From a virus, in IMG/VR virus record IMGVR_UViG_3300025314_000001, positions 42,686 through 106,685 of that record: a stretch of DNA of 64,000 nt. The stretch is one strand, 5' to 3'. Shown here in pieces: positions 18,648-29,843 of this stretch. The notes beneath the pieces were generated by a model that saw nothing but the letters and a program-made list of their open reading frames with translations, ran no database searches and had not been told where the DNA came from. How positions within the stretch are numbered: the first letter of the stretch is position 1; every line of letters begins with the position of its first letter. Position numbers and translations under genes: made by a program.

Positions 18648-19446
18648 GTAGCCCCCTTGGTGCCGTTGCGACGGATCGCAGAAGCTCGGGGGCCTGTCGG
18701 TGCTCCCGGCGTCTCGAGCCCTCGAGTGGTGCCGACCCACTCCCCGGCGGGTACAGGCCGCCGGGCATCGCCGGATGGCGAGGGCTTACGTTCTGACCAG
18801 AGGGTTCTCGGTTCCAAGCCGAGCGGCCCACCCCGGGCCATGACGCTTGAATCGGTTGATGATTTGTGGCCCGTCCTTGCTGCTCCCGGAAGTGGCCCTA
18901 GCCAAACGGGTATGTCCCAGGATGAGCTCTGCGAGACGACCGAGGCGGACTTGGAGGCGGCCCTATCTGCGCCCGGGGTCCACATCTACACCTGCATGGT
19001 AGCGACGGGAGGGACCCCCGAGCACATCCTCGCGATCCGTGGGCACAGCGGCCGATGCTTCGTCTCGACTGACGCTGTCCGGGGCGAACCGGAGGCCTCG
19101 TCTGAACCGCGCGGGATCCTGACCTGACAGGTTGTTCCGCCTGGGTGCAGAGGGTCGCTCGCTTCGCTCGCTCCGGCTCCTCCCCCCAGTCTTCGGGCTC
19201 GCCCAGAGGCGATCCCTCAGACAGCCCCCAGGTTCGAAACTGCCACCCTCCTATCCATCTCGCTTTCGCGTGGTTCGTGCTGGTCAGTAATGGTCAGTCT
19301 AACACCGGCCAACCGAGCGTATTTCAGAGCCTGAATCGGCTGAAGTACGAATAAAATTCAGGAATTTTCAAAAAGGCTCCGGAACCCATGGGCCGGGCGT
19401 ACATCTCCGGACATCGTGGCCCGTACTTTGCACTGCTGGGGCGGCT

Positions 19447-19893
19447 ATGCCCGACCCATGCTCCGTTGAACTCGGAAGACAAATCTACGAAGCCATTAGA
19501 GACCAAGCCTTTGGCTCTTTCGAGCGACGGCTAAGCAAGCGTGCAGGGGGCCGAGCTCCGGAGAAACCTGTTCTTGTCGAGCATTTCCTTCCCAAATTTC
19601 GCCAGGAAACTGGCCGGCGACAGCCCACGCAGGTCGTTTATTTCATCCAATCGAGCTCCGGGGCGATCAAAATTGGGACAAGCTTGTCGGTCCGGTTAGC
19701 CAAGAGGCTCACCGAGCTCCAGAGCGGTAACGATGGCGATTTGAGCGTGATTGCTACGCTTCCCGGTGGCCTCCCGCTCGAGCGCAGGCTTCACCGCAAG
19801 TTTCGGTTGGCTCGAATTCGACACAACAACGAATGGTTTCGACCGGTTGAGCCGCTTCTGGCCTTCGTTCGAAGGGTCGCGCAAGCGCCATGA
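19447..19893 (+). CDS. GIY-YIG (T5orf172/MUG113-like) protein
   Basis: VYFIQ..IKIG.S..RLTELQSGN..ERRLHRKF..EWF. Confidence 0.85.
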   Translation: MPDPCSVELGRQIYEAIRDQAFGSFERRLSKRAGGRAPEKPVLVEHFLPKFRQETGRRQPTQVVYFIQSSSGAIKIGTSLSVRLAKRLTELQSGNDGDLSVIATLPGGLPLERRLHRKFRLARIRHNNEWFRPVEPLLAFVRRVAQAP

Positions 19894-20228
19894 CCAACGA
19901 CCCACGCACTTGGGCCTATGGCCACTTACTGAGAGAGCCGGGCGGCAAAACCCCGCCTCTAGTTCGCCAGTTGCGCCGGACGGCCATTGCTGGCATCAGG
20001 CGCGCCCTTAGGGACGCCAATAGCGCCACTGCCGCGGCCAGGGCACTAGGACTGAGCTACCACGCTCTGATGCGTTTAGTGCGAGCCCATAGGAGCGAGC
20101 TCGGAGCAGCCTATGAGGCCTGCGCCAATACGGCCTGCCGACCCAAGACGGGGCCCACGCAACCATTGCATGGTGCCTATGACGTGGACGCCATACCGGT
20201 CGAGCGCGGGGACCAGGGCACCAAGTAG
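19890..20228 (+). CDS. Fis-like HTH protein
   Basis: IRRAL...ATAAARALGLSYHALMR. Confidence 0.55.
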   Translation: MTNDPRTWAYGHLLREPGGKTPPLVRQLRRTAIAGIRRALRDANSATAAARALGLSYHALMRLVRAHRSELGAAYEACANTACRPKTGPTQPLHGAYDVDAIPVERGDQGTK

Positions 20229-20589
20229 CCGTAACCACTAAGGTTTCTTGGCGCACCGGGCGTTCGACTGACTGTCGGCCAGTCGTTAGCTATGACATTA
20301 GCGCCATACCGGGCTAGTGGACCAGATCGGTACCCGGCCTGGTTTCGCGGACTTGGCCTACCCGTTGCGGCTATGGCGTGCATGGCATAGCTCATGCATT
20401 AGCAGTGGGCATGAGCCGCAACGCAAGGCGGCCCAGGCCCGCACCCCGCAAGGGGCCGGGCCTTCGGGCGTTAGAGGGAGCCCCGCCGTAGGCGGCCGTC
20501 ACCCCTCGCCCCATATCGAAACGGGAGTCGGCTCGTGTCTAGCGAGCGCCACCCAACCCACCCAACCCACCCAACCCAAGGGACCAATC

Positions 20590-20901
20590 ATGAACACCGT
20601 CGCAACCGTCTCATGCACCTACGCGAAACTGCACAACGGCAGTTGGGGAATTCGTGCCAAGGGCATCGTAACGGCCGGCGAGACCGTTACGGTCACCAAA
20701 CGGGACGGCACCACGAAAACCGAAACGGTTGGCCGGGTGCTGTCTTGCAAAGACGGCCTGAGCATTTGCGCCATCGAGCAGGCTACCTCAGGCAGCCGGG
20801 GCGGACGGCGAGGCAGCCGGAGCGCCCGCCGGGAATGCGACGAATGCGGGGAGTATGCCACCCCCGGCACGGTTTGCTGGGAGACCGGTTGCACACACTG
20901 A
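20590..20901 (+). CDS. Small hypothetical protein with C-terminal Cys cluster
   Basis: YAKLHNGSWGI..VTVTKRDG; CDECG..CWETGCTH. Confidence 0.55.
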   Translation: MNTVATVSCTYAKLHNGSWGIRAKGIVTAGETVTVTKRDGTTKTETVGRVLSCKDGLSICAIEQATSGSRGGRRGSRSARRECDECGEYATPGTVCWETGCTH

Positions 20902-20909
20902 TCTTTTGG

Positions 20910-20937
20910 TTGACAATACCGTATCATGCGCTATTCT
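20910..20937 (+). promoter_or_regulatory. Sigma70-like promoter
   Basis: TTGACA-N16-TATTCT upstream of a run of small plus-strand genes. Confidence 0.45.
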
Positions 20938-20946
20938 AGGATCAAC

Positions 20947-22881
20947 ATGAGCCGCACCGACCTTCTCACCGAACTGACCGGTATTCTCGCCGAGACGGCC
21001 GACCCTAGGTCGCGCAACGACCGCCACCTAGGGGAGGTCATCTGGCAGTTGGTCGACCGGCTGCGCTTTTGGGGCGCCGGTGTTTACGAGCCGCGCGGGC
21101 TCTCGGACGCCGGGCTCTCGGATGATGATCTGCACAAGGTCTCACTCTACCACCTACCCCCCTACGCCCAGGACGAACTGTTCGCCCGGTTCGACGCTCA
21201 AATCGCTGCAATGCTCGGGAGCGATGCCCAATGAACAAGCGCTCTAATCACCCTGCCTACGCCGCCATGCTGGCCGCCAGCAAAGCAACCGGCCTACCCC
21301 GATCTTTCGAGACCGACCTCACCAAACACGACCGGGCGGCTCTCACGCATTGGCTGCCCACCGAACCGTTCGCCTGGGCCCTCTACGATGCCGGCACCCA
21401 CCTAGTGTGGTCTCGCCAGCGACACCAGAGCAAGCTGACCTCAGCTGAACTCTGCCAGAGTGTTGACGAGATCTTCTCAGGCTGCCGCTGGTTTTGGTGG
21501 GATGGTCGGTCGCTAACGGTCAGCTCGGCTGCCGAGGTCACCGAACGCATGAGTGAGATTGACGAGTCGTTGCGACAAGCGAGAGCCGAGTAACCATGAC
21601 TGACTGGACCCGCACCAAGCGCCACCTGCCCGCTAAGGGTCAACGCTCGACACCCCGGGGCCCCGATGCGGGCCCCGGAAGCCGACCGCTCACCCACCCA
21701 CCGGAGGACTCACCCATGGCACGGAAAGCTCAACTCGTCGTCTCAGCACCGACTCATCAGATCGTCTCACTCGAGCAGGCCAAGATCGTTCGACAGTACG
21801 CTCGGATCGCGGACCTAAAGCGTGAGCTCAAGGCCCTCGAAGGGGAGGCCCGCCCGGCGGCCCTCGCGCTGGCCGAACCGGGTGACCGAGATGATTGACG
21901 AGTCGGCAGAGAAACGGGCTCGGACGCTCGCCAGCGATATGGCCGACGAACGCGTAAGGGAGCTCGAATCTCTCGAAGCGGCTCTTGATGCTGAGCGTGA
22001 GACTGCCGCCAGCATGGCCGCAGAATTGCGAGAGCTCAAAGAGCATTTCGTCAGCCGTGCCAACGCTATGGCCGCGCAAATCATTGCCGAGAACGCGCCT
22101 GCCAAGCGCTCGCGTAAGCCTCGCTCGCGCAAGCCTACGCCGGCACCATTGCCCGATGCCTCGCCCGAGCCAGACCCGGGGCCCACCCCGGTAATCGACC
22201 TCACCCTGGTCGGCCGCTTGCGCAAAAAACTGCCCTTGGCCGATGCCATCGAACGCGCGACCATGGATGCAAAGTGACCCCTTTTGAGCAAAAACTGCTC
22301 GCTCGGCGCGCGCGCATCGCTGGACAGCACGCCAATCGCAATGCCACCGAAGCCGCCGTTCGCGCCTACCCGGGACTCGACCTAGCACTGGCCGTCAGGC
22401 TGGTGCTTGACCAGGCCCGAACCCACTTTCAAGGGTGCGTCGCGGAGCGTACGCGCCGGGGTGCCCGGGTAGAGATCTGGGGCCAAAACGAGGCCCGCTT
22501 GGCACGATGGATGCTCAAGCACGCCGGCCTACAGACTACGGCCCGGCCCAAGCCGGGAGACGATTACATCACCATTTTGGAGATAACCTCATGATCAAAC
22601 ACCGAAAACCACGCAACCGGACCGCGGCTATCGTGCGCTACGCGGCCACGCCGGCCATCGTCTCGGCCCATGCCCAGGATGGGCTCGTCGCGCTAGAGCA
22701 GGCCGAAACCGACCTGACCCTTTCGCTCGGAGCCGACCGCCGGCAAGAGGCCATTGCGTCGCTGGAAGACCGGGCCCGGTGCGAGCTCAGCATAGAGCAC
22801 CGCGCAGCCGAACGCGCAACGGCGCGGGCAGCCCGCCTGGAAGCCTTTCTAGGACGGTTTGACGGGTCGGATGGACCATGA
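20947..22881 (+). other. Cluster of small hypothetical genes (20947-21234, 21231-21593, 21891-22277, 22274-22594, 22591-22881)
   Basis: Tightly packed plus-strand ORFs, several with 4-nt start/stop overlaps. Confidence 0.5.
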
Positions 22882-22989
22882 GCCGCTACCCGTCGCACGC
22901 CCTCTGTAGCGAGCTAGCAGGGGCGGCCCCGGGCGGCTCGGTTGCCGACAAATTCTCGACAAGGTCGATCTTCGCCTGGAGGTACTCCA

Positions 22990-23370
22990 ATGAAAGCCCT
23001 TTCTGTGAAACAGCCATGGGCCAGCCTGATTGCGGCTGGCGTCAAAACTCTAGAGGTTCGGTCACGCCGGACCCCCCATCGGGGGCCCCTGGTCATCTGT
23101 TCAAGTCGGGCGGACGCTCACAGTGACGAGGCTCTGGCCGCGTCAAAAAGGCTACCCGGGAACCCTTACCCTAGCGGGGTGACGATCTGTCTGGTCGACC
23201 TAGTCGACTGTCGCGAGGGCAAGCGCACGGACCGCCGAGCGGCACTCTGCGACCCGACGGGGGATTTCGTTTGGGTACTGGCCAACCGGAGGCCGTGCCC
23301 GGCCGTTCCTGTCAGCGGCAAGCTTGGGGTTTTCGAGCTACCCGACGAAATTGCGCGCCGGCTGGCCTGA
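22990..23370 (+). CDS. ASCH domain protein
   Basis: MKALSVKQPWASLIAAGVKTLEVRS..HRGPLVI..GKLGVF. Confidence 0.92.
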   Translation: MKALSVKQPWASLIAAGVKTLEVRSRRTPHRGPLVICSSRADAHSDEALAASKRLPGNPYPSGVTICLVDLVDCREGKRTDRRAALCDPTGDFVWVLANRRPCPAVPVSGKLGVFELPDEIARRLA

Positions 23371-23397
23371 TCGTGTATCGTTTGGTATTCTACCGCC

Positions 23398-23685
23398 ATG
23401 ATCTCCACAGTCTCAGGTGCCATTCTGTCTGCCCAACTACGTGACCCGCAGCTTAGGCCGACCGCGATCGCTAGGATCGTGTCGGCCGTGCGGGAGGCGG
23501 GCGGGAGCACCACGGAAGCCGCGCCGACCCTTGGCGTCTCGTACCAGACGCTAGGCAACTGGCGGTCCAAGTACCCGCAGCTCGAAACCAAAATTGCTTC
23601 CGCACAACGCGAGCTCGGGTGGACCCCACCGGGGGCCGCCCTAGGTTCTCGCCGTAAAAAGGCGGCACCCCGCAAACCCTCTTGA
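23398..23685 (+). CDS. HTH DNA-binding protein
   Basis: GSTTEAAPTLGVSYQTLGNWR. Confidence 0.65.
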   Translation: MISTVSGAILSAQLRDPQLRPTAIARIVSAVREAGGSTTEAAPTLGVSYQTLGNWRSKYPQLETKIASAQRELGWTPPGAALGSRRKKAAPRKPS

Positions 23686-24751
23686 CGATACCTAATCGTT
23701 TGCTGTTATAGATCTGTACACTCAGACCACCAAGGACGACCATGATTATCAGCCGCAAATACGCTCTATTGCTCGCCCGCGCCGGACAAGCCACCATCGA
23801 GGAGTGCTCCACGACGGACGACCGCGGTCGCCGGTGGGTCATCGTCACCCGGCACGACCTGCAGCGCGTGGATCATTTTCGCGCGTGACGCAGGGCGCAA
23901 GCTCTAGCCCCCGCGCCTCAGCAGCCACCCGGTTCGCGACCGGGGCGAGGGTCCGAGCCCACACGGCTCGCCGCACGCGCCTTCAGCGGGCGGTAAATAA
24001 AGACCGACAGGACAAGACCATCATGCACATCATCTTCAAAGTCGACCAGGCCGCCGCGCTCAAAGCCGGCGACGGCCACGACGCCACCCAGTACGGGGTG
24101 GATACCGACGGACAAAGATGTCGCTCGGAGGCTCCGCTCCTGCTCGAGCGTCCCGGGGCGTCGAGGAGACCAGCGAGTACAATGACCAAATACGACGTGA
24201 CCGAGATGCCGACTGAGACTCTCTACGACAGTGACACCAACGACTCCGTGACAGCCGAGGACCTCGGCTGCTCCGATGATGAGTACGCGGCTGCGGTAGC
24301 AGAGTCGCTGGCTGCGTACGGAGAAGGCCACATCCGGGTCAATGGCCGCCGAGTGTACGCGAGCTAACCATGGGCTTCGACACCCTGCTACTACTGTTAC
24401 GTGATACCTACCGCACCGGATATCTGGCTGGCTGGTGCGACGGTACCGGAGGTAGGCTAGCCCATGTGGTCGGCCCAGAGGCAGAGCAGATGCTGGATGG
24501 CATCAGGATGGTACAATGACCAAAACCAAAACCGCGACCACCGTAACCCTCCACGACTCCGATACCGAGCCGGTCACCTACCGAATCATTCTGAGCCCGC
24601 GATACGCGGGCGAACAGTACCGAGTACTCGACGCTGTCGTCGGCCTCGAGGCCGCGTCGGAAGCGGTCGGTCGTCTCGACGCCTTTTATGGGTGGGGTAG
24701 AGTATTCTACCGATCGGCCGAGCAGGCAGTCCCCACACTGCCACCGGTGTC

Positions 24752-25633
24752 GTGGTGCGGCATGTGCCGGTGCTAGAGACGCCACCCCGAAGCGCCTTCC
24801 GGTTTCGAGACGGCGAATTGACGCTAGCGAAGACGACGGCGCCCCTGGACATCAGCTGGAGCCGGCCTCTCCCGAAGGGTGTCGAGCCGACCTCTGCAAC
24901 GGTCAGCCTGGATGCGGCTGGACGCTGGCACGTGTCCCTGCTCTGCGAGGACAGAAGCATCAAGCCGCTGCCCAAGATCAAGACCGCGGTCGGCATCGAC
25001 CTCGGCATCTCGGCTCTTGCCACACTCTCGACCGGGGAGAAGATTCACAACCCTCGCCACTCCGACTCCGAGCAAGCGCGCAAGCGACTGTTCGCCAAGG
25101 CTCTCTCGCGCAAGCAGAAAGGATCCAAGAACAGATTCAAGGCACGGATGAAGCTTGCCCGGATGCACGCTCGCATTGTCGACCGACGTCGCGATGCTCT
25201 TCAGAAACTCTCGACCCGCCTGATTCGCGAAAACCAAGTGATCGTCGTCGAGAGCCTTAACGTCTCCGGGATGGTACGTAACCACTGCCTCGCACGGGTC
25301 ATCAGCGACGCCTCGTGGAGTGCACTGCTGAACATGCTGGCCTACAAGGCTGCCTGGTACGGGCGTCGGCTTGTCCAGGTGGACCGGTTCTTCCCGAGCT
25401 CCAAGACGTGCCATTGCTGCGGCTTCGTGGTCGAAGCGCTCCCGCTCAGCATCCGCGAATGGGCCTGCCCAGTTTGCGGTGTTGTGCACGACCGAGACCA
25501 CAACGCCGCACTGAACCTTCTTGCCGCGGGACACGCGGTATCCCGAGAGGGCAAAGCCTGTGGACCTGGCGTCAGTCGTCGGATTCTCCGGAATCAGGTG
25601 CAGCTGGGGCTGAAGCAGGAACCCGGCGCATGA
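24752..25633 (+). pseudogene. tnpB: IS200/IS605 TnpB, 5'-truncated
   Basis: VGIDLG, VIVVESL, CHCCG..CPVCG, DRDHNAALN are intact, but the protein begins mid-sequence at SAFRFRDG; N-terminal HTH and tnpA are absent. Confidence 0.85.
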
Positions 25634-25685
25634 GCTCCGGGAATCCCCCTGCTCGCCTTCCGAGGCAGCTGGGGGAGGATGTCAA
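25634..25685 (+). mobile_element. IS605 right end / omegaRNA 3' scaffold
   Basis: GAATCCCCC...GGGGGAGGATGTCAA: subterminal hairpin ending in TCAA. Confidence 0.7.
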
Positions 25686-25704
25686 AGTTTTGGGAATAAC
25701 CACC

Positions 25705-26214
25705 ATGCGAACCCACCGACTTTCTGCTCTCGTTCTGTCCGTGCTCGTTTCGGCGTGCGGAGGCCCTGCGGCGTCCCCTGCGCCGGAGACCGAAACGTTC
25801 GCCTCGCTCCCCGGGATCCCCGTCGGGGGAAGCGGTGGGCTCGAGCCGCCGGACTCCACAGCGGACGACGCGGTAGGGGAGGGGAGTCCACCGGAGGCAG
25901 CCGGTGGGGCTCCGGCTCTGCTGGACGTTGTGAGCGCTGGAGGCGCTGGCGGTGCTCCCGCGGCCGCCGAGGCTGACCCGTGCTGGGACCGACCCGGGAT
26001 CATGTGCCACTGCGGGCTTCCGAACGCGGCTCCCCCAGCCGGCTCTGCGTTCAGCATTGTCGACCGATGCCTGCCGCCCGCCACGCCTAGCCCAGGCCTC
26101 GAGTGGTGCTGCGATACGTGGGCCGGAATCTGCCGGTGCTACCAGCGTTCTCCCGGAGAATGCGCGTACTGGCGCGAAGAGGGGTCCTGGGTCGCAGGCT
26201 GCTCGGCGGTCTAG
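25705..26214 (+). CDS. Cys-rich lipoprotein
   Basis: Signal peptide with lipobox LVSA-C, low-complexity linker, Cys-rich C-terminal domain. Confidence 0.7.
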   Translation: MRTHRLSALVLSVLVSACGGPAASPAPETETFASLPGIPVGGSGGLEPPDSTADDAVGEGSPPEAAGGAPALLDVVSAGGAGGAPAAAEADPCWDRPGIMCHCGLPNAAPPAGSAFSIVDRCLPPATPSPGLEWCCDTWAGICRCYQRSPGECAYWREEGSWVAGCSAV

Positions 26215-26603
26215 CCATCTCGCGCTAGCTTCGCCATGGCGGACGCGAGCTTCCGCATCGCATCGGTCACCCTTGAGACTCTCTCGTCGGCCTCCGACTG
26301 CTGCTGCTCGAGCTTTGAGACCTTCTCGGCGAGTTCGGACGCATCCAGACGTAACCGTTCTACGATCTCGTCCCACTCCTCGGCGATCCGCTTGCGGCGC
26401 ATCCAGTGCTGCTCGACAAGGCCCCAATCGACCTCGGTGGGAATCGGGGGCTTGTTGTGCTTCAGGAGGGATTTGCCCGTTTCACGTTCTGCCCGGAGCA
26501 GGCGCCTTCGGAATCGGCGTACAGAGCTCACGGTTTCAGGTAAACCGCAGCGCTTCAAGGCTTCCTGTATCGGAATGAACCTGAGTTCCATGGTCGTGGT
26601 CAT
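26211..26603 (-). CDS. Hypothetical coiled-coil protein
   Basis: Last ORF of the long minus-strand operon. Confidence 0.5.
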   Translation of the reverse strand: MTTTMELRFIPIQEALKRCGLPETVSSVRRFRRRLLRAERETGKSLLKHNKPPIPTEVDWGLVEQHWMRRKRIAEEWDEIVERLRLDASELAEKVSKLEQQQSEADERVSRVTDAMRKLASAMAKLARDG

Positions 26604-27856
26604 GCCCGTGGCCTCCAGTTCGTAATCGTTTGCTGAATGACGTCTAAGGCTTCCGCCCAGAATTCATCCAGGTTTTCGGTGGGTATTGTCTCAATGCCCG
26701 CCTTGAACAGCCATGCCGCTTGGAGAGTCTTCCATGTGACTTGCCAGTATTCTGTTCTGTCTACGTCTGGCTCTGCCTTGGCGCTTTCTGTCTCGAGCCA
26801 TCCTTGTTGCGCTCTCCTGAGTAACCGTTCGGCCTCTCGGTCCAGTTGGGCTACGATTGAAGGGCCGCCCTTTCTGGTACAGACGTGCTCACGCATTCCG
26901 GTTCCGTCGAACCCTCGTAGCTCACGCTTGCCAAGCTTGGTCGCTGGCCAGAGCGCTTCGAGACGCGCTAGCCTGCCCAGGTACTGGGCCCGGATTCGGC
27001 GTTGCGGTAAGAGGAGGTCCCCAACCTCGATGGAGTCAGCGCTGAGCGGCGGAATCCACTTGTTGGTGAGCTCGGGTTTTTTGCGTGACCCAAACTCGTC
27101 GTTGAAGAGCTTGAGTCGTTCCCACAGGAGCTCTTCGTTGTCGACGCCAGGGGCGGAGGGTAGCTCGAGATTTCCGTCTTCCACGGCCTGGCGGAGCGTA
27201 CGAAGGGCATCGTCTGTGGTCAACGGTACCTCTTCTGCGGCGTAGTTTCGCCCTTCGGTGCCGTACCAGGCCTGCAGTACCGCCACCATCGTTGCACCGT
27301 GTGTACGCTCGACCTTGAGCAGCCGAGCCAGCTGTCTCCCTATCCACGCATACGCCGAGGGATCCGGTTCTCGGTACTCGGATTCATTGGCGTGGCACGC
27401 GCGGGGCCGCACCTCCTCGCTCCAGGCGTTCGCCCCGGAGCAGTTGTGGACCCCGTCCGGGCACCCTGGGGAGGGTTCGATGTACCACTCGGTGATGGGG
27501 TTGTGCATCCAAACGGAAACCACTCCGCTCCCGTCGCACCGCTCACACTGGCGGTCCCCCAGGGCCGCCTCAACCCCAGCCACCTCGGACTCCTCGCCTC
27601 CCAAGAGCCCGGTACCGTGGCACCTGTCGCAGGTCCGGATGGGGCGCCCAAATAGGAAGGCTTCGTTCAGCTGGTGCCCAGTCCTACTCGAGCCGCACTT
27701 GGAGAGCCACGCGAACACACCCTGCAGGCAGTTTTCCTCGCGTAGAGGGAACTCGGGTTGGACTTGGACGCTGCGTAGCCGCTTAGGCCTGGGCCGGCGC
27801 GGCTCGCTGAGGGACTCCAGGACAGCCGTTGCGACGGATTGCGCTCGGTTGCCCAT
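26600..27856 (-). CDS. Hypothetical protein with CxxCxGxG zinc finger (possible late regulator)
   Basis: CDRCHGTG and CERCDGSG; near the end of the early/middle operon. Start reassigned to 27856. Confidence 0.45.
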   Translation of the reverse strand: MGNRAQSVATAVLESLSEPRRPRPKRLRSVQVQPEFPLREENCLQGVFAWLSKCGSSRTGHQLNEAFLFGRPIRTCDRCHGTGLLGGEESEVAGVEAALGDRQCERCDGSGVVSVWMHNPITEWYIEPSPGCPDGVHNCSGANAWSEEVRPRACHANESEYREPDPSAYAWIGRQLARLLKVERTHGATMVAVLQAWYGTEGRNYAAEEVPLTTDDALRTLRQAVEDGNLELPSAPGVDNEELLWERLKLFNDEFGSRKKPELTNKWIPPLSADSIEVGDLLLPQRRIRAQYLGRLARLEALWPATKLGKRELRGFDGTGMREHVCTRKGGPSIVAQLDREAERLLRRAQQGWLETESAKAEPDVDRTEYWQVTWKTLQAAWLFKAGIETIPTENLDEFWAEALDVIQQTITNWRPRA

Positions 27857-28418
27857 TATGCGGCCCCCGGGCTCTGCGCCAGGATCGCGCGACTCGCGGT
27901 GTCTTCCTGCCGCCTCGCGGCTCTCTCCCGGAATGCATCGAGCTCGAGCTCGTTGATCGCGTCCCGGTAGGCCTCGTGCGCCCGGTCTAGCACCCGATCC
28001 GGGACCTTCAGGGGGACTGATTTGCCGAGGATTTCGGCAACCAGGGTGCACCTGTGGTGCCTCGCCAGGCGGTTCCACGCCCGGGCCAGCACGTCGATCG
28101 ACTCGTCGCTCCCACCGTCTTCGGCTAGGAGCTCTCCGCCGTCGAAGAGACGTAGCAGGGTGTAGGTGCTTGATCCGTCCGCGCGCAGACGGGGCAGGAA
28201 ACGATCGACGTGTGCGAGCAAGCACGTGCAAGCCGACGAATAAAACAGCCGGCGGAGCTTCACTCGGGTCTGAGAATTCCTTGACATAGACGGCTTTTCC
28301 ATTCCAAGCTTCTCCTTGGCGCCGTCTCTGATCTGGGCCCCTCGCCGTTCCCGCGGCGGGGGGTTCGCGTTTTGTGGGACTGGGCCTGCCTACCGGGAGT
28401 GCGGGACCAGTCTGGTTC

Positions 28419-28853
28419 TCACTCCTGCACGCGCTGGTACGTCGTGCCTTTTCCACCGCCTAGCTTCTGGATTTTGGCGTCGTCGCAGAGTGCTCGGAGC
28501 CCCTGGCGAACGTTGGGAGCTTCGAGGCCGAGCTTTTCGGCGAGCGATGCGGCGGTGATGGTCTGATCCGCCGGTGGAAACGCATTCAGGACCTTTAAGG
28601 CCACCACGTTCATCCCTTTGGACTCACCCGGGGACTTTCCCTTCTTGGGCTTAGGTTCCTTCGGTTCCTTGACTACGCGCGGCTTCGGAGCCTTTGGCTC
28701 GACTGCTCCGTTCGTTTTGCCGTTGGTTTGGGCAACCTTGCCCGGCATTGGGATGGGTGCCGGGCGCCTAAGCGCCTTTTCAATACAGGCCTCGACGACG
28801 AAGTCGGGCCCTTTAGCCTCAATGAACATCTGGATCTGCTTGTTCGCTTCCAT
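28419..28853 (-). CDS. Winged-HTH protein
   Basis: Lys/Pro linker, then ITAASLAEKLGL..VRQGLRAL..IQKLG. Confidence 0.55.
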   Translation of the reverse strand: MEANKQIQMFIEAKGPDFVVEACIEKALRRPAPIPMPGKVAQTNGKTNGAVEPKAPKPRVVKEPKEPKPKKGKSPGESKGMNVVALKVLNAFPPADQTITAASLAEKLGLEAPNVRQGLRALCDDAKIQKLGGGKGTTYQRVQE

Positions 28854-29150
28854 CTTGTATCGTCTCCTGTAAACCGGGCGTGGCCCGGGGTTGAGTCTTC
28901 TACGGCGCTATCGCCTTGATCTTCACTTCCCCGCCGCTGATCTCGGTCACCAGATGGACGGGTTGCCCGACGGCTAATTCGTGCAGCCACACTTGGTCCG
29001 GACGGTTCATCTCGCTCCGCATGACGCGGGGCATCTGGACGAGCACCGGGTAGCTGTCCGCGCCGCTCTGGTCTGCCTTGATGACCTCCACCCGCAGGTA
29101 CACGACGTCGCCTAGGCGGAGCTTTGGGGCCGCCTGCTTCATGGTTTCGA

Positions 29151-29843
29151 TCATCGAAGAACTACCTCCTCCTCTTCCACGCGACGAACGGGTGTGCCGG
29201 TTAACGTGAACGTTCGGTGCACTTGGTGATCGTAGTCGCGACCCAATCGTCGCATCATCCTGTCAACCAGGGTCTCGAGCTCGGTAACCCCATGCTCTGG
29301 CCCGTTCACCACGACATCGAAATCCAAGTCTGGGATCTCGTTGAGCTCGTTCTCGCTCGGGTGCGTCGTCTTGACAAAAAGCTCCTTCACTGGGCGCTTC
29401 ACCCTTACGGTGATGGCGCCGGCCGCCTTGAGCTGCTCGAGCTCGTTACGGAATCGCACATCGGACATCACCACCCGCTCGAGCTCCGTAGCCTTCCGGA
29501 TGGCGTACTCGACCCAGATCGTTGGGTAGCAGTTCCTTCCCCATTCGGTGGCCAGCAAGATCATGGCTTCCCGAGGGCTCAGCAGGGTTCCGTCGGGCCG
29601 CGGGTAGCGTGGGTCGCCGACGTTCTTGCCAGCGGTCTCGCCGTTGAGCATCGATAGCGGCCAGTCGAAGAGGTCGGCGAGAAACCGCTTCATGGGTGCG
29701 GCTAGCGCCAGCTCGGTGAATCCGTGCTTCGCCACCAGGCGGTTGGCCACGGTGGACTTCCCGGCGCCAGCTGAGCCCATTCGAGGACTGAGCTGCCACC
29801 ACTTTCGGCGAGCAACACAGAGGCCGGTGATAGCGACGATCAT
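29151..29843 (-). CDS. Deoxynucleotide monophosphate kinase
   Basis: AGAGKST, LAAPMK, SPRE..TEWGR, SDVRFRNE, HPSE. Confidence 0.88.
   Translation of the reverse strand: MIVAITGLCVARRKWWQLSPRMGSAGAGKSTVANRLVAKHGFTELALAAPMKRFLADLFDWPLSMLNGETAGKNVGDPRYPRPDGTLLSPREAMILLATEWGRNCYPTIWVEYAIRKATELERVVMSDVRFRNELEQLKAAGAITVRVKRPVKELFVKTTHPSENELNEIPDLDFDVVVNGPEHGVTELETLVDRMMRRLGRDYDHQVHRTFTLTGTPVRRVEEEEVVLR

Noticed and set aside
19230-19440. cos/pac site in the AT-richer stretch at the strand switch
   Set aside because: The position is plausible, but there is no diagnostic motif; read-terminus data are needed.
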